A DNA stretch of 64,000 bases, from positions 28,889,648-28,953,647 of the forward strand of contig NC_092673.1 of assembly GCF_964355755.1 (NCBI RefSeq), in the 5' to 3' direction. Position 1 is the first letter of the stretch, and the number at the start of each line of letters is the position of its first letter. Shown here piece after piece: positions 50,862-63,681 of the stretch. Made by a program: the position numbers and the translations under genes. The stretch comes from Antedon mediterranea. Taxonomy: Eukaryota; Animalia; Echinodermata. Below the pieces are notes generated by a model. The model did not search any database. It saw nothing but the letters and a program-made list of their open reading frames with translations, and had not been told where the DNA came from.

Positions 50862-53272
50862 GAGCGGACCCAAGGCCTACTGTAAATATGGTGAAATGAA
50901 GTGCTGCACTTAAATAAACTAAAGGACCCCAATGGAATCTACAGTAATTCCTCTTGATGTAAAGATTAATTCATTCAAAGTCATTTTTCATCTGAATTTA
51001 TTTATACTGTATGTCAGTAGATTTTAAATAAAACCACACAATGTGCTATCTTTTTTGTTGAAATTGTTAGAATTTAGAAGTCAGCGCTCCCCCTTCCCCT
51101 GGATCTACTGTACCTACTGTATGTGATGCCACATACTCAACTCGCTATTTGTTCTCTAAAGCGTTGTTTAAATGTTTATGTTTTAGTTTTTCCTTTATTA
51201 TTTTTGTACATCAATACTATTTATTTTTATTTATTTGTTCTTTCTTTAAACTGAAATACACTTTCAATACAAATGTACTGATTTCCAAAGTGGTTCAGTA
51301 AACATATTTACAACAAAAATAAAAGGCGAAGTTTAGATTATATTTTCTTTATTGTTATTTTTCATAGAAGTCTATACAGTATATAATACCTAGCTTACTG
51401 TACAATACAAGAAAGATACTGGTACTTGACATAAGACGACTTGAACAACGATGACTACACAATGTGTACAACATAATATTCATGACATGGTGCTTGAGTG
51501 CACAGTGTGTTATGGTTGTGACTTGTGAGTCAGCCATAGAGTAACCCATACAAAATATCCACTACTGGAGAGAGTACAGTACAGTGTGTTCTTTTCTAAC
51601 ATGCATTTTTTATGGCGATCTACATTATGCTCAGACATTGTTATTTTGTTTTTAAAGTATAGCTACTGTAAGCTACAGTATATTAAAGCTAATGTACAGT
51701 TTACCTTCACTGTTTTATGGAACGCAAAATGGCACTGCTCAATTCTTACAGTATATGATTTTCCATTTTTAAACAAACTATTCCATCTTCACAAGAGTGA
51801 ATGTAGCTATCCCAGTACAGTCAGGCTGGGGGAAAATAGCAAAAGGCTTACTTTCTAGGAGTGTTATCAGATAATCTACTGTATATTGTTTTGACAATTC
51901 TTATAACATGACCACAGTGCTGATTTTGCCATTTTCCTCCTGCAGGTAACTGTATTTTTTTTAAACAATTCAAGCATTTTCTCTAGTAAATCAGTTGGAA
52001 TTTAAATATAAAATTATTCTTTGTACTTTGGATAAAAAAAAGCGAAAATTAGATTATATATTTCTGCGTAACTGAAGGACGTGACATTTCAAGGACCTAT
52101 TAAATATCAGACCATAAAAAAAGTTCACACCATTTAACAATTATAACATGAATGTGATTGGTCAAATTAAACATTATTTGGGATAGTTAACCTGAAAATA
52201 TTCATTTACCCAAATAGAATTATAACATGAATTATATCATGAACGTGATTGGTCAATTTAAACGATGTTTAGGAAATGGTTAACCAGTTATTAATTGTTT
52301 CTAATTATCATATTAAAGTTAAGGTGTGAATTGAACGAATATAATCATTTTCAAACCGAACTTGTAGTGATTGTTACAAGAATTTTGTTTCTCTTTCAAT
52401 GTAAGTGTTTTAACTTTTATTATACTACATTTTCATTATAATTTTTAATATAATATTTGTATATTTTTGTTTGTCTTTAAATATCAGGGTTACAGTACAG
52501 TAGGACAATTTTACTTACTGCAACTGTCATATTTGAACTCCATAATTATCTATATAAATCATTTTTATTTCTTCTTGCTTTGACATTGGTCAGTACTGTA
52601 AAGTAAGTGCTTCTGTTTTCAAAAAAGAACATACAGAAATTTGTACAGTAACTCTGTAATATCCACACAAAAATGATAGCTCTATGATCTAATCTGTTGT
52701 CAGGGTCATGTCATCCAGGAAGTAGTATTATTGATGTAATGACGTAAGCTCCATGTCAAAGGGGACTACCTGTTATGTCACTTTTGTCACCAATGTCACT
52801 TTTGTTGCCATATGTTTATTGAATAACCTCTGTAATAATAATCTGTCAAGTGAAGAATTTATTATGTAAAGAAGTCTTTTGTAACACTTTGAGATGTACT
52901 AGTATTATGCTTCTACTGTACATTTACTAGATTAATTTGATAACAGTTTTTAGTGTAAATTTGTTTACAGTACTATGATTTTATTTTCTTTACTTTTTAC
53001 CCTTTTTTGGTTGAATTTAACCATTTACTTTGTCATTTTATAAGATTAACTTTAATAAAACTACAAAATAACATATTAAAAGTCTGATTTAATTAACTTT
53101 ATTTTTCTTGTTTTTGGGGGACAATACATCTTTAATATCATAAAACAGTTTATTCTGTAGTTAACTGTAAAATAATCTATGGTTTAAAAGTTCTTTGGAG
53201 AAAGTAAGCAAATATTCCAAAGTCACCAAATCTACAATATTAAAGATGTGTCACGTTAAATTTAAATTCTAA

Positions 53273-53455
53273 AGCTCTGTCTACACTATCAAACTTTATG
53301 ACAAAAAAGTGTGATATTCCCAAATATGGTAGTGATATGCTTAAATATGGTAGTGATATGACATCGTCTAGTCATGGAGTAAATTCTTTACTCCATGGTC
53401 TAGTCCATATATGGACATACAGTATCACATTGTTTTTTTCACATAAAGTTTGATG
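53273..53455. mobile_element. MITE family A copy carrying a nested hairpin insertion
   Basis: Left TIR and internal motif, interrupted at 53373-53397. Confidence 0.8.
53373..53397. mobile_element. 25-bp hairpin with 7-bp TSD nested in a MITE
   Basis: GTCTAGT|CATGGAGTAAA-TTC-TTTACTCCATG|GTCTAGT. Confidence 0.7.
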
Positions 53456-53718
53456 GCTTATAAATTAGCTAGTTAGTTAGTGAGCTGCTGATCAAACCAT
53501 CCCGTATTAATAGGTGTACCTTTTAAACTCTGATGATTGTTGGTTTAAACTCTCAAAACAAAAAAGGTCTAATATGATTTTAGACTTGACCAAGCATGTG
53601 ATATTCCAAGTATTAAATGTTAGCTTAGGTTTGTACTTTCTAGTATACTTAAACAGCTGTTTCTCATTCAACATAGTAGAGACTGTACTGTACATCCCAT
53701 TCAAAATAGGAAGAGGGA

Positions 53719-53880
53719 TTGCTGCCCTGAACATTGCAAGCTGCGATGCTCAAATAGGAAGTTGAAATTGCAGCCTTGGACATTCCAATTTGCAATGTTC
53801 AAATAGCAAGTTGGAATTGCAGCCCTGAACATCGCAAGTTGCAGTTGCTCAAATAGCAAGTTGAAATTGCACTCCTGGAC
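53719..53880. repeat. ~50-bp tandem repeat, about 3 copies
   Basis: TTGCAGCCCTGAACATTGCAAG..GCTCAAATAGCAAGTTGAAA repeated. Confidence 0.75.
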
Positions 53881-54145
53881 CAGGGACCTGCCTGGACATT
53901 GCTAACTTATTAAAGTACTCATTATTGTAGAAAATGTCTTCTCTGTTTATTAATATTCTGGTTAAATTCTTATTTTAAACCTCCAAAAAACAACATTATC
54001 AAAGTTGTACAAGGTATGTTTGCAGTGTTTAGCAATTATTTATTATTTTCATTTATAAGCCCTAGACTGTACCTGTATCACTGTACAAAGAATTTAGACT
54101 TGACTTCCAAGACCTTTTTTTTTTAAATTTATAAAACAATAATAC

Positions 54146-54181
54146 CAGGGAGTTGTAAAATATTTATTTTACAACTCCCTG
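54146..54181. mobile_element. 36-bp perfect hairpin with 7-bp TSD
   Basis: ATAATAC|CAGGGAGTTGTAAAATA-TT-TATTTTACAACTCCCTG|ATAATAC. Confidence 0.7.
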
Positions 54182-55438
54182 ATAATACTTAATAGTCACC
54201 TCTCCCAATCTTATTGAACACGCTCGGGCTGCCTACAGTAATTATAATATGTTGGGTTTTCTGGTAAGTCTGGTATTCTGTGTCTATTTTGTGCCTAGGT
54301 TACCTGGATAAACCGATTAATGCCTTATTCTCCTTGAAGAGAAAAAGTAGAACATTCATTGAACATTCCTTTCCATAAATGGTACAGTCCACAAACCATG
54401 CACTCTAGTTGGAGCCATTTCTGGTTTGTGTAATTTTTAAATAATGGTAAAATGAATTTTGGACATTTTTGACCTCATGAAAAATCTGGTTTTGAGAGAG
54501 TTTCCAGATTTCAAAGAGTCTGGTTTAAGAGAGTGGACAAAATGTGTCCATGTACAGTATTATATTGGTGAAATGTGTTCTATTTATTCATTATTTATTT
54601 ATTATTATTTATAAACTTTTCCTATAGTATACAGTACTTGACACTAGAGATACAGTAATACTTTTTAGTGCCTTTCAATTTGTTCGTTAGTGAATCAATC
54701 AATATGTTGAACATATGTTTCAAAACAAGTAGGTAATTATTTGACCTAAACGGCGAGGTCGACTCATTACGTCTTTTAAAGGATTTGCTACTAATATTAA
54801 TATGTTTGTCATAAACCCATCGCGCAACTATTAATTACAATCTGTGAGCTACAATTGGTTTGAATTCATTTTCAATAGAATTCATTATTTAGTTACTTTT
54901 TCTTTTCATAGTATTATGTAAACAAGGAAGTTTTGGATGTAAAAAATTGTAATGTTTACAAATATACTTCAGTTCTGCCTTTTTCATTATTGACATGGAA
55001 CACACAGTAGTGAGTAACTTCCATGTTTGACAAGAGAGAAAAATTGTTATAGAGTGTGTAGTTTTTCATGGAGTTCAGATTCGGTCGGGGATTCGGTATA
55101 TAGCACCAGATATTGAGTGGTAACTGTACTACTGTATCTGTATCTGAAATTTATATTAACTTTTTTTTTTAATTAATCTTCTTTATAGAGGGAAGCCCAG
55201 ATCAATGATATCACTGCTTTCCACTGGGGCCCTTATTACCCTGGTCATAAGCAGATATTACTCAGCTTAAAGTTGTGTCTTGACCAAACCCATTGTACAC
55301 CTTGGTCACTTTTTACCAATGATAATTAAGTTATTTTTTTTATTGGGTATTGACGTATAGCATTTTCTGGTGCATTTTAACCCATGAATTTTAATATATA
55401 TTTTTTTTTAGGTACAGTATACAGACTGTGAGCAGTTG

Positions 55439-58400
55439 ATGGCGTGTGTGTCGACCCCATCATCCACCCCTACCAGGATAATCGTGGAAGGATGCAACGA
55501 TACCGGTGAAAGTCCAAACAACTCCCCCAATGGCAAGGCTTTGTCAAACTGTAGCAGTGTAGAAAGCGCCGAGATGAAAAGCATTGAATCGGAACTGTCT
55601 GGCTGCGATAGCGGCGTTGATAGTAGTTCAACGAAAAGTGTGGACTTACTGATGGAGAAGACAGCCGCAATTGAATCTATCACGGCTAACAGCGAGGCAG
55701 AGCTTGTCGCCAAGTTGGAACTTCAAAACAGGTAAAAACCGCGATATATTATGGATCAGTTTATTGGTACCGGTATACATTAAGTTGGTAGGATAATCTC
55801 AAAATGGATACCCAATTGCTGGTCCATAACAGAAACACCTAAAATGTCTACTTCTAGAGAAAGTCTTTGTCGATTTTGTTAAACATGATATTAATAATTA
55901 ATTTATGAAGAGCTTTAAACAAATTCTGGTTTTGGAAAAGTTTCAAGTTTGCAGAAGGTGAAGGTATTGTGAATTATAAAGATTTTTTTTTTTAATTTAG
56001 GTCAAATTCTATTCTTTTCTATACTGTCATTTGAAAAACAAATTTTGTCAAATATATTTGAACCATGTCATCTAGAGAAAATAGTCATTGATTTCTTCAA
56101 TTAAGATTAACTGGAACACATTGTATGATAGTAGTATTACAACAGTACTACCGGTACTACTGTAATACTACTATATGTAATTATAGTACAGTATTTTTAT
56201 AGTATTTATACAAAATTCATAACTGCCTGTGAAATATTTGCTTAATACTGTTTATTATCAATTGTTCCACTTTGTACAGATAAGTAATTTCTGAATGCTG
56301 CCCTCTTTAGATTACACCTGTAGTTTAGCATTTATACTATGTTTGAATAGAAAAATCTATTCATTCATTTTTTAATAGAATATTAATATAATACAACATT
56401 ATATACTATAGTGTTATAGTTCACTGTATTTAACTGTAACTTTTAGAATGCAGTTTTTTTTTCAATACTGTAATTCTTAGAATAGTCAGTGCAACGCTTT
56501 TAAAAAATAATATAGATTATGAAAGTATTTGATTAGAAACAGAAACTTAATTTGTTATAAGAACAAAAGGCATACTTTGTAAATGGTTGCAGAACTTTTC
56601 GAAAGCCACACTGTGTGAAATTAAAGAGAATAGGACATCCTTGTACAGCGTTTGTTACTGTATTAGACCCTGGGATGTTGTACTAGCAACAGGTGAGATA
56701 GTAGGGGTTATTTTTAGATTAATTTCAAGAGTCTTTTTTTAGACTTATTATAAAGTTTTATTTATAGCTACTGTACTGTATGTACAAGCATTTGAATTGT
56801 CTATTTCATACTTAGCTTATCTGAATAAATAAACATTACTATAGCCCTAATTTTCCTGCAGGAAAAGAATTAGTCGCTCGGGGAAAGAGATTAGGTTAGT
56901 TTTTCCAGGTAAGCGGAACTTAGACAACCACCATTTCTGGTTTGTGTATTGTTTTCCTAAATTGCAGAAACAATAATTTGTTTATTTTACACTGAGTTGG
57001 AGCATGATATATCAAATGACCTCCCTGCCTCTTCCCCACCTGGTTAAATTTAGGAGCCTTCATTATTTGTTTTACTTTTTATTTAATTGTAACTTTTTAA
57101 TGTTTCCGTTTGATCTTTATTCTATCGTTATCAAATTGTATAAAAGGAACTTGTTATTGAAAGGAAATCGTTATAGTCTTACACTAATACTGTACATTCA
57201 CTTGGAGAGTACCAATTACATCCTGGTTACAGCAACTTCAGACACTATAGTAGCAATGGACTACTACTGTACCTTTGACTGAGTATTTATTAATACTAGC
57301 AATTTGTCCAATACGACCTGTGAGTTTAAATTTATCAATGTTTAAATGAGATGCAACATTCAGCAGTCAAAATTGAGATTGCATTTGACTTTAGCAAACA
57401 CTTCTTTTTAATATTGTAGGTGTTTTAGCAGAAAAATCTAGTTTCTAGGTTTTAAGGTTGGTAAATTTAGTATCTTGCAAAGCCTGCTGAAATAGTTTTG
57501 TTCCCTGAATAGGCGTCTATTGTAGGCATATTGACCGTAGTCTAATGTCCAAACAAGAGGTAGTTATACCTAGTTTTTTAACTGCATAATTTATTATTAA
57601 AGTAAGCCAAAAATACTGGTAGGTTGCCAATATGGACTGGACTGGATTCACACAATAGTACTGTACATTTTGTACATTAATAAATTCTTAATTAATTAGT
57701 AATTAACTTATTTTAAATTTCATATATAGGTAATTTTTTTTAAATTTATTTCTAATTTATTGTTAGTAAAATTATACTTTAAAAAATTAACAGATTGTAA
57801 TTCCCTGAGCATGTTATGGGAACAATGTATGGAATGCACTATTGTCTACAACTTGCTAAAACAAACACTATATTCCAATACACTGTACTCCAATAATACA
57901 GTTGTGTGAAAGCCCTTTTCTGATTGGACTTTATCCTCAGTTGGATAACGACGATGACCTCAGTTGACATAATAAACTCATAAGGAGGCCTAGTCTACCA
58001 AGCCCTGCAGCTTGTTTAAATTCTCACAGTTGTTGATGTGTTTAAACCCTGTTTGTGGTCTACTTCTCAATCATTGAATTCAGTTTACTAGGCCTAGAAA
58101 CATTTTTAGTGGAATTGTAAAGGAGTGTATAGAATGGACACGTTCTCTTATTTACAAAGTTTCTTTGGAGATGGGTAGGTAGTTATACTTCTACTAAGTT
58201 ACTAAATATTGAAAAAGACTGTGCATCACTGTAGTATATGACTGGTAACACTGTACGGTACCAGACAATAATGTCGTGTGTCAGAGAAAGTGAAGGAGGA
58301 GTATGGTTATACTGTACTTTAATGATTACTTGTGTTAACTTTTTAAGTAAGATTTTTGTTGAGTTAATTTAACTTTGCTTAGTGAAAATAATATTAGTAC

Positions 58401-61400
58401 AGTCAGTGTCTGACCTTCGAACCTATGTTGTTTGCCCATATTTGGTTATGCCATGGGCTTGAAAGAACATTCATCACATGTAGTGTGTACCACATGTTTT
58501 ATGCTTTTTCAATACGACCATACATCCGAAAGTCAGCATTTATATTTTTACGATGAAGGGATTTACACATTCCTTCAAATAAAATATTTAGTAATTTATT
58601 TCAAGCCTACTGTACAGTCAAACTTTCTTAGAAAAACAAGTATGTGTTTATTTTAAAGTTCATACACTGTAGTACAAAGTTAATCGTGCTTGTATTGGAG
58701 TCAAATGTGTACAATAGTCAACCTTTGACCTTGCAACTGTACATGCTGTTCATGTGTGATTAAATACATTGATTATAATGCTATAGAATCATTGGGTCAG
58801 CTAACACTAACAGGCAACGATATGATGGTATAAACTACATAATTATATTCATTAATCATTTTGTTTTCTTTCACACTTTGTTACTGAAAAGATTATACAT
58901 TTAATTATGTTTTTTTTTTCATATCTTATATTTTGTATACAGTATTTTATGTGTCTATTTTAAAATTATTATTTTTTTAATTATTTGAATAATTATCAGT
59001 ATAGTATTTTGTTGTACTATTACTGTAGTAGTATTATGAATATAATATTATTGTTGAAGTTTTCACATATGATTCTCTCATATTTATATATTGTACTCGG
59101 GACATATCTCTTTATTTTTTAACCAAAGAGTATGTTTGTTTGTTGTTTTTCAAACTGAAGACTAAAAAGATTTCCAATTTGAAACCCTTTAAATGTTGAC
59201 TAAAATAATAAAATCTATCTAGCGTTTTACTCATTTTAATATCTAAATGTGTTCATTTTGAAAATATTTTTCAGGTTATTAGAAGCTGATACGAAGTCTA
59301 TGAAATCGCTGACGGACTCAACAAGGTCATCACGGCGTGGGTCAAATTCAAGTCTTAGATCGACAGGATCGGTTCAAAGCAATATGAGCAATACAAACGC
59401 CAGCAGCGGGGGTGAGATGGATATCAATGAATTGTGGGTAACTTGGGGAAAGATCGTTAACGACTGGGAAGAATATTCAAGAAAGAAACCTAAACAATTA
59501 AAGGTATTACTTGTAGTATTCTTAAGCTCTGTCTACATTATATACTAGTTTGTGTGATGTGCCCAAATATGGTAGTGATTTTCCCAAATATGGTAGTGAT
59601 ACTGTATACCCAAATATGGTATGGTACTGTATACCTAAATATGATATGAGATCACTATGTCCATATATGGGCACATCACATTTTTTTGTCACAGAATGTT
59701 TGATTTAGGCTAGTTAGGAATTGAAATTAAGTTGGGTGGAGCTGATGTAATGATATTGGTAATGGTCACGCCCAAACCATGAGTTTTGTAAGGAGTGTCA
59801 AATTGAGTTAGCACCATCTACTATAACAAATAGCTTTATATTTCATACTTTCATTTTATAACTTATGTGTAATGCATCTTTTATTTTTTAGCATCCTGTT
59901 ACTAGGTAAGAAAGACAAAAATACAATATTAATGTTGTTTTTTTTATTATTTTATCTTATTTTTAGTATGTTTATTAATGATTCAAATTATATTTTTTTG
60001 TCCCATCAGGAATTGGTAAAAGCAGGGATTCCTCACCATTTTCGTGGTATTGTCTGGCAGCTGTTGTGTGGTGCATATGGGTCGTCTCTACGAGATCGCT
60101 ACGCGGAATACTTAAAGCAAACATCACCGCATGAAAAGCTTATACGAAGGGATATTGCACGAACTTATCCAGAACACGCATTCTTTAAAGAAAAAGACGG
60201 ACCAGGACAGGAAACATTATTTAATGTTATGAAAGTAAGAAATATTCTCATCTAAAATAGTTATTGTTCAACAGTGTTTGTTATTTATGTGAAATTTTAA
60301 AAAATCCAAAGGTAAATTACTGGTAAAAATGACAATGTTGCTTGTATTATTTAATTCCTAGGCATACTCATTACATGATCGTGAGGTAGGCTACTGTCAG
60401 GGTAGTGCCTTTATTGTTGGCTTGTTACTAATGCAGGTAAGGATTAATTATTAATATTAATATATTTGATTACTAAAATCACACAAATTGTATACTCCTT
60501 TAGATAACACAATTATTGCTTTGTTTTCATTTAAACTAAGTTCCTACTAAAAATAATTTGATAAAAAATATATGTTGCATTTGATCAAATATAGGACCAT
60601 CCATAATTGACTCTACCACTTTAAAGTGGGATGGGAAGGACACGGTTTGGTGCCTTACTGTATCTAATTAGAATAATACTAGACACAAATAAATATCAAC
60701 AAGAAGATCAATGATATACAGCTACAACATGTTTAAAATTTAAACATACTGTAACTGCTACACTATCAAACTAGTTTAACAAAAAAGTGTTCAAATATGG
60801 TAGTGGTATGCCTAAATATGGTAGTCATGACATCATGTCCATATGTGGGCACATCACATTTTGTTGTCACATAAAGTTTGATAGTGTAGACAGAGCTTAA
60901 GAGATGGTATTATAATGTGTATTCCCTGTACATAGTTAAAATAATACCAGCTTTGTTTTGAGTATCAAATGTCTGACATCATTTTTACAAATTTATTAAA
61001 TTTTCTGATTTTGTTTAAGATGCCAGAAGAGGAAGCATTCTGCGTTCTAGTCAAACTAATGCAAGAGTACAGACTGCGTGAGTTATTCAAGCCTTCAATG
61101 GCTGAGCTAGGCCTATGTATGTATCAGCTGGAGTCCATGGTTCAGGTAAGGTTTTCCCCTCAAATGTCTAAAGCTCTGTCAACACGGTCACGCTAGTTTG
61201 ACAAAAAAACTGTGATGTGCCTATATATGGACATGATGATGTCATATCACTACCATATTTAAGCATATCACTATCATATTTGGTCACATTACACTTTTTT
61301 TGTCAAACTAGTTTGATAGTGTAGACAGAGCTTTAGGCCTGTTTTCACTAGTTAGACTAGTCCTCTTTTTGAATAAAATATTACTAATATATATTACACT

Positions 61401-63681
61401 TATACAGCATTGAGGCTGTAGCATAATGTAATGAACAATACAAAACATGTTTAAAATGTTAGTTTTTAAAACTGCGTTACATTAAGATCTCATTTATCTA
61501 TACTGATGGCTTTTGTTGTAGATTTTAAATGTTCTCTAAATCAAAACTGAAAGTTGTTTATGTAAACACCTCCTGATGGATTTACTTTCTGTCTCCACAA
61601 CTTTCTTTTTCATTAAAAACTAAAACTCTGTCTACACTATCAAACAACAAAAAATGATATGTGCCCATATATGGACATGATAATGTCATATCACTACCAT
61701 ATTTGAGAATACCACTACCATATTTAAGCACATCACATTTTGTTGTCAAACTAGTTTGATAGTGTATACAGAGCTTTTATTTTTTATATATAATTTCAAA
61801 GGCAAATTACTGAATTATGACTATGTTATTGTGGTTATCAGTGGCTAAATCAAAACGATAAACAAGAGCAAGAAATTATTGCTTTCTGAAAATAGTATTC
61901 CTTTATCATAAACACGATTAGCATTATACACACAGTCACCCAAACCAAACCCACCCCACCCCCTAATATGAATAATAAAGCAAATATTTCAATGAAACAA
62001 AACGCAGGTAAAAAACATAAGAGCAGTGCTCGTTTGTGTGGCTACCATATACATATAAAAAGAACAATAACAATGAAAACCATAAAAAACATAAACAAAT
62101 AAGACAAATTACTTACACAAAACAAACCATAGGAATTTTATAAACAGATTTTTGCATATAAATCATAAAAACACAGCATTAGTAATTTAAGTTATAAAAA
62201 TGAAATATTATCCCAACCTAAGAATTATCTGAATTTGTCTTTATTTTCTACAGGAACTGTTGCCAGATTTGTACACCCACTTTATCACGCAAGGTTTTCA
62301 CACGTCTATGTATGCATCACATTGGTTCCTCACGCTATTCTCAGTGTGTTTCTCTATACCACTATCATGCAGGGTTATGGATTTATTTATTCAAGATGTA
62401 AGTACTAATTATATTTAAATCCCTGTCTACACTATCAAACATTATTGGATGTGCTCACATGATGATGTCATATCACTACCATATTTGGGCATACCACTAC
62501 CATATTTGAGCACATCACACCTTTTTTGTCAAACTAGTTTGTTTGCTTTAGTCTTTTTTTTAGCTTGGTTCCCATAAGTGAGTTGACCAATCACAATCGT
62601 CAGTTCAGATGATCCATCGTATTACAATTGGTCAAATTAAATGGCAATTATGTATATCAATAAATAATAAATATATAAAATACATAGTAGTATTAATAGT
62701 AAATACAAGTTAATTTTATGAATTTTTATATTTTCAGGGCATGGAAACTATATTTCGCATTGGAATGGCGATACTTCAGATGCATCATGATGAGCTTCTT
62801 GCCATGGATATGGAAGAGATGTTAAAGGTAACCAAATTGGTCTCTAATCTTATACTCATTAATGGTAACCAAATTGGTGTCTAATCTTATACTCATTTCT
62901 AATCTTATACTCATTAATGGTAACCAAATTGGTCTCTAATCTTATACTCATTAATGGTAACCAAATCGGTCTCTAATCTTATACTCATTGAAGATAACCA
63001 AATCGGTCTCTAATCTTATATAAAGTTAAGTTAATTGGCCTCAAATCTTGTATTGATTGAAGGTAACCAAATTGGTCTGTAATCCTATACTTATAATAGT
63101 TAACCAAATTGGTCTCAAATCTTGTACTCATTTTAGGTAACCAAATTGGTCTCTAATCTTATACTCATAAACGGTAACCAAATTGGTCTCTAGACTACAA
63201 ACGCCACTCAAACTTTTTGATTAACAATTCTGATTACATATTTATTTTTTTGTTTCAGTTTCTTCAAAAAACAGTGCCTTTAAAACATAGTCAAGATCAT
63301 GATATATTAATTAATAGTGCCTCTCTAGTCAAGTATAATGCCAAAAAAATGAAAAGGTTAGTAAGAATATTATTTGAATATTTCAGTAGATAGACAGTTG
63401 CCTCTTTAAACCATCATCTCGTGAAACAAACAAAATGGATTGGAGATGTTTTTATTGATTTGTTGTCTTAAGCTCTGTCTACACTATCAAACTTTATGTG
63501 AAAAAAAATAATGTGATGTGCATATCACTACCATATTTGGGCACATCATACTTTTTAGGTCAAACTAGTTTGATAGCATAGACAGAGCCATATATTAACC
63601 TATTTCTTTGTATTTGACAGGTTAGAAAAGGATTACTTAGCATTTAAGAGCAAAGAGACGGAAGAACAGGTTGAAATGAGG
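55439..63681 (+). CDS. EVI5: EVI5/EVI5-like Rab-GAP (multi-exon, continues beyond window)
   Basis: Exons 55439-55731, 59275-59503, 60010-60234, 60362-60436, 61020-61145, 62254-62397, 62738-62827, 63259-63356, 63621-63681. Motifs LLEADTKSMKS, GIPHHFRGIVWQLLC, IRRDIARTYPEH, GYCQGSAFIVGLLLMQMPEEEAF, LRELFKPSMAELGLCMYQLE, SMYASHWFLT. Confidence 0.93.
59525..59705. mobile_element. MITE family A copy (EVI5 intron)
   Basis: Left TIR and expanded internal repeats. Confidence 0.75.
60756..60897. mobile_element. MITE family A copy
   Basis: TIRs and internal motif. Confidence 0.8.
61172..61331. mobile_element. MITE family A copy
   Basis: TIRs and internal motif. Confidence 0.8.
61624..61774. mobile_element. 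MITE family A copy
   Basis: TIRs and internal motif. Confidence 0.8.
62420..62542. mobile_element. MITE family A copy (truncated)
   Basis: Left TIR and internal motif. Confidence 0.75.
62827..63192. repeat. ~37-bp tandem repeat starting at an EVI5 splice donor
   Basis: Repeated GGTAACCAAATTGGTCTCTAATCTTATACTCATTAAT, about 9 copies. Confidence 0.88.
63471..63588. mobile_element. MITE family A copy
   Basis: TIRs and internal motif. Confidence 0.8.
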
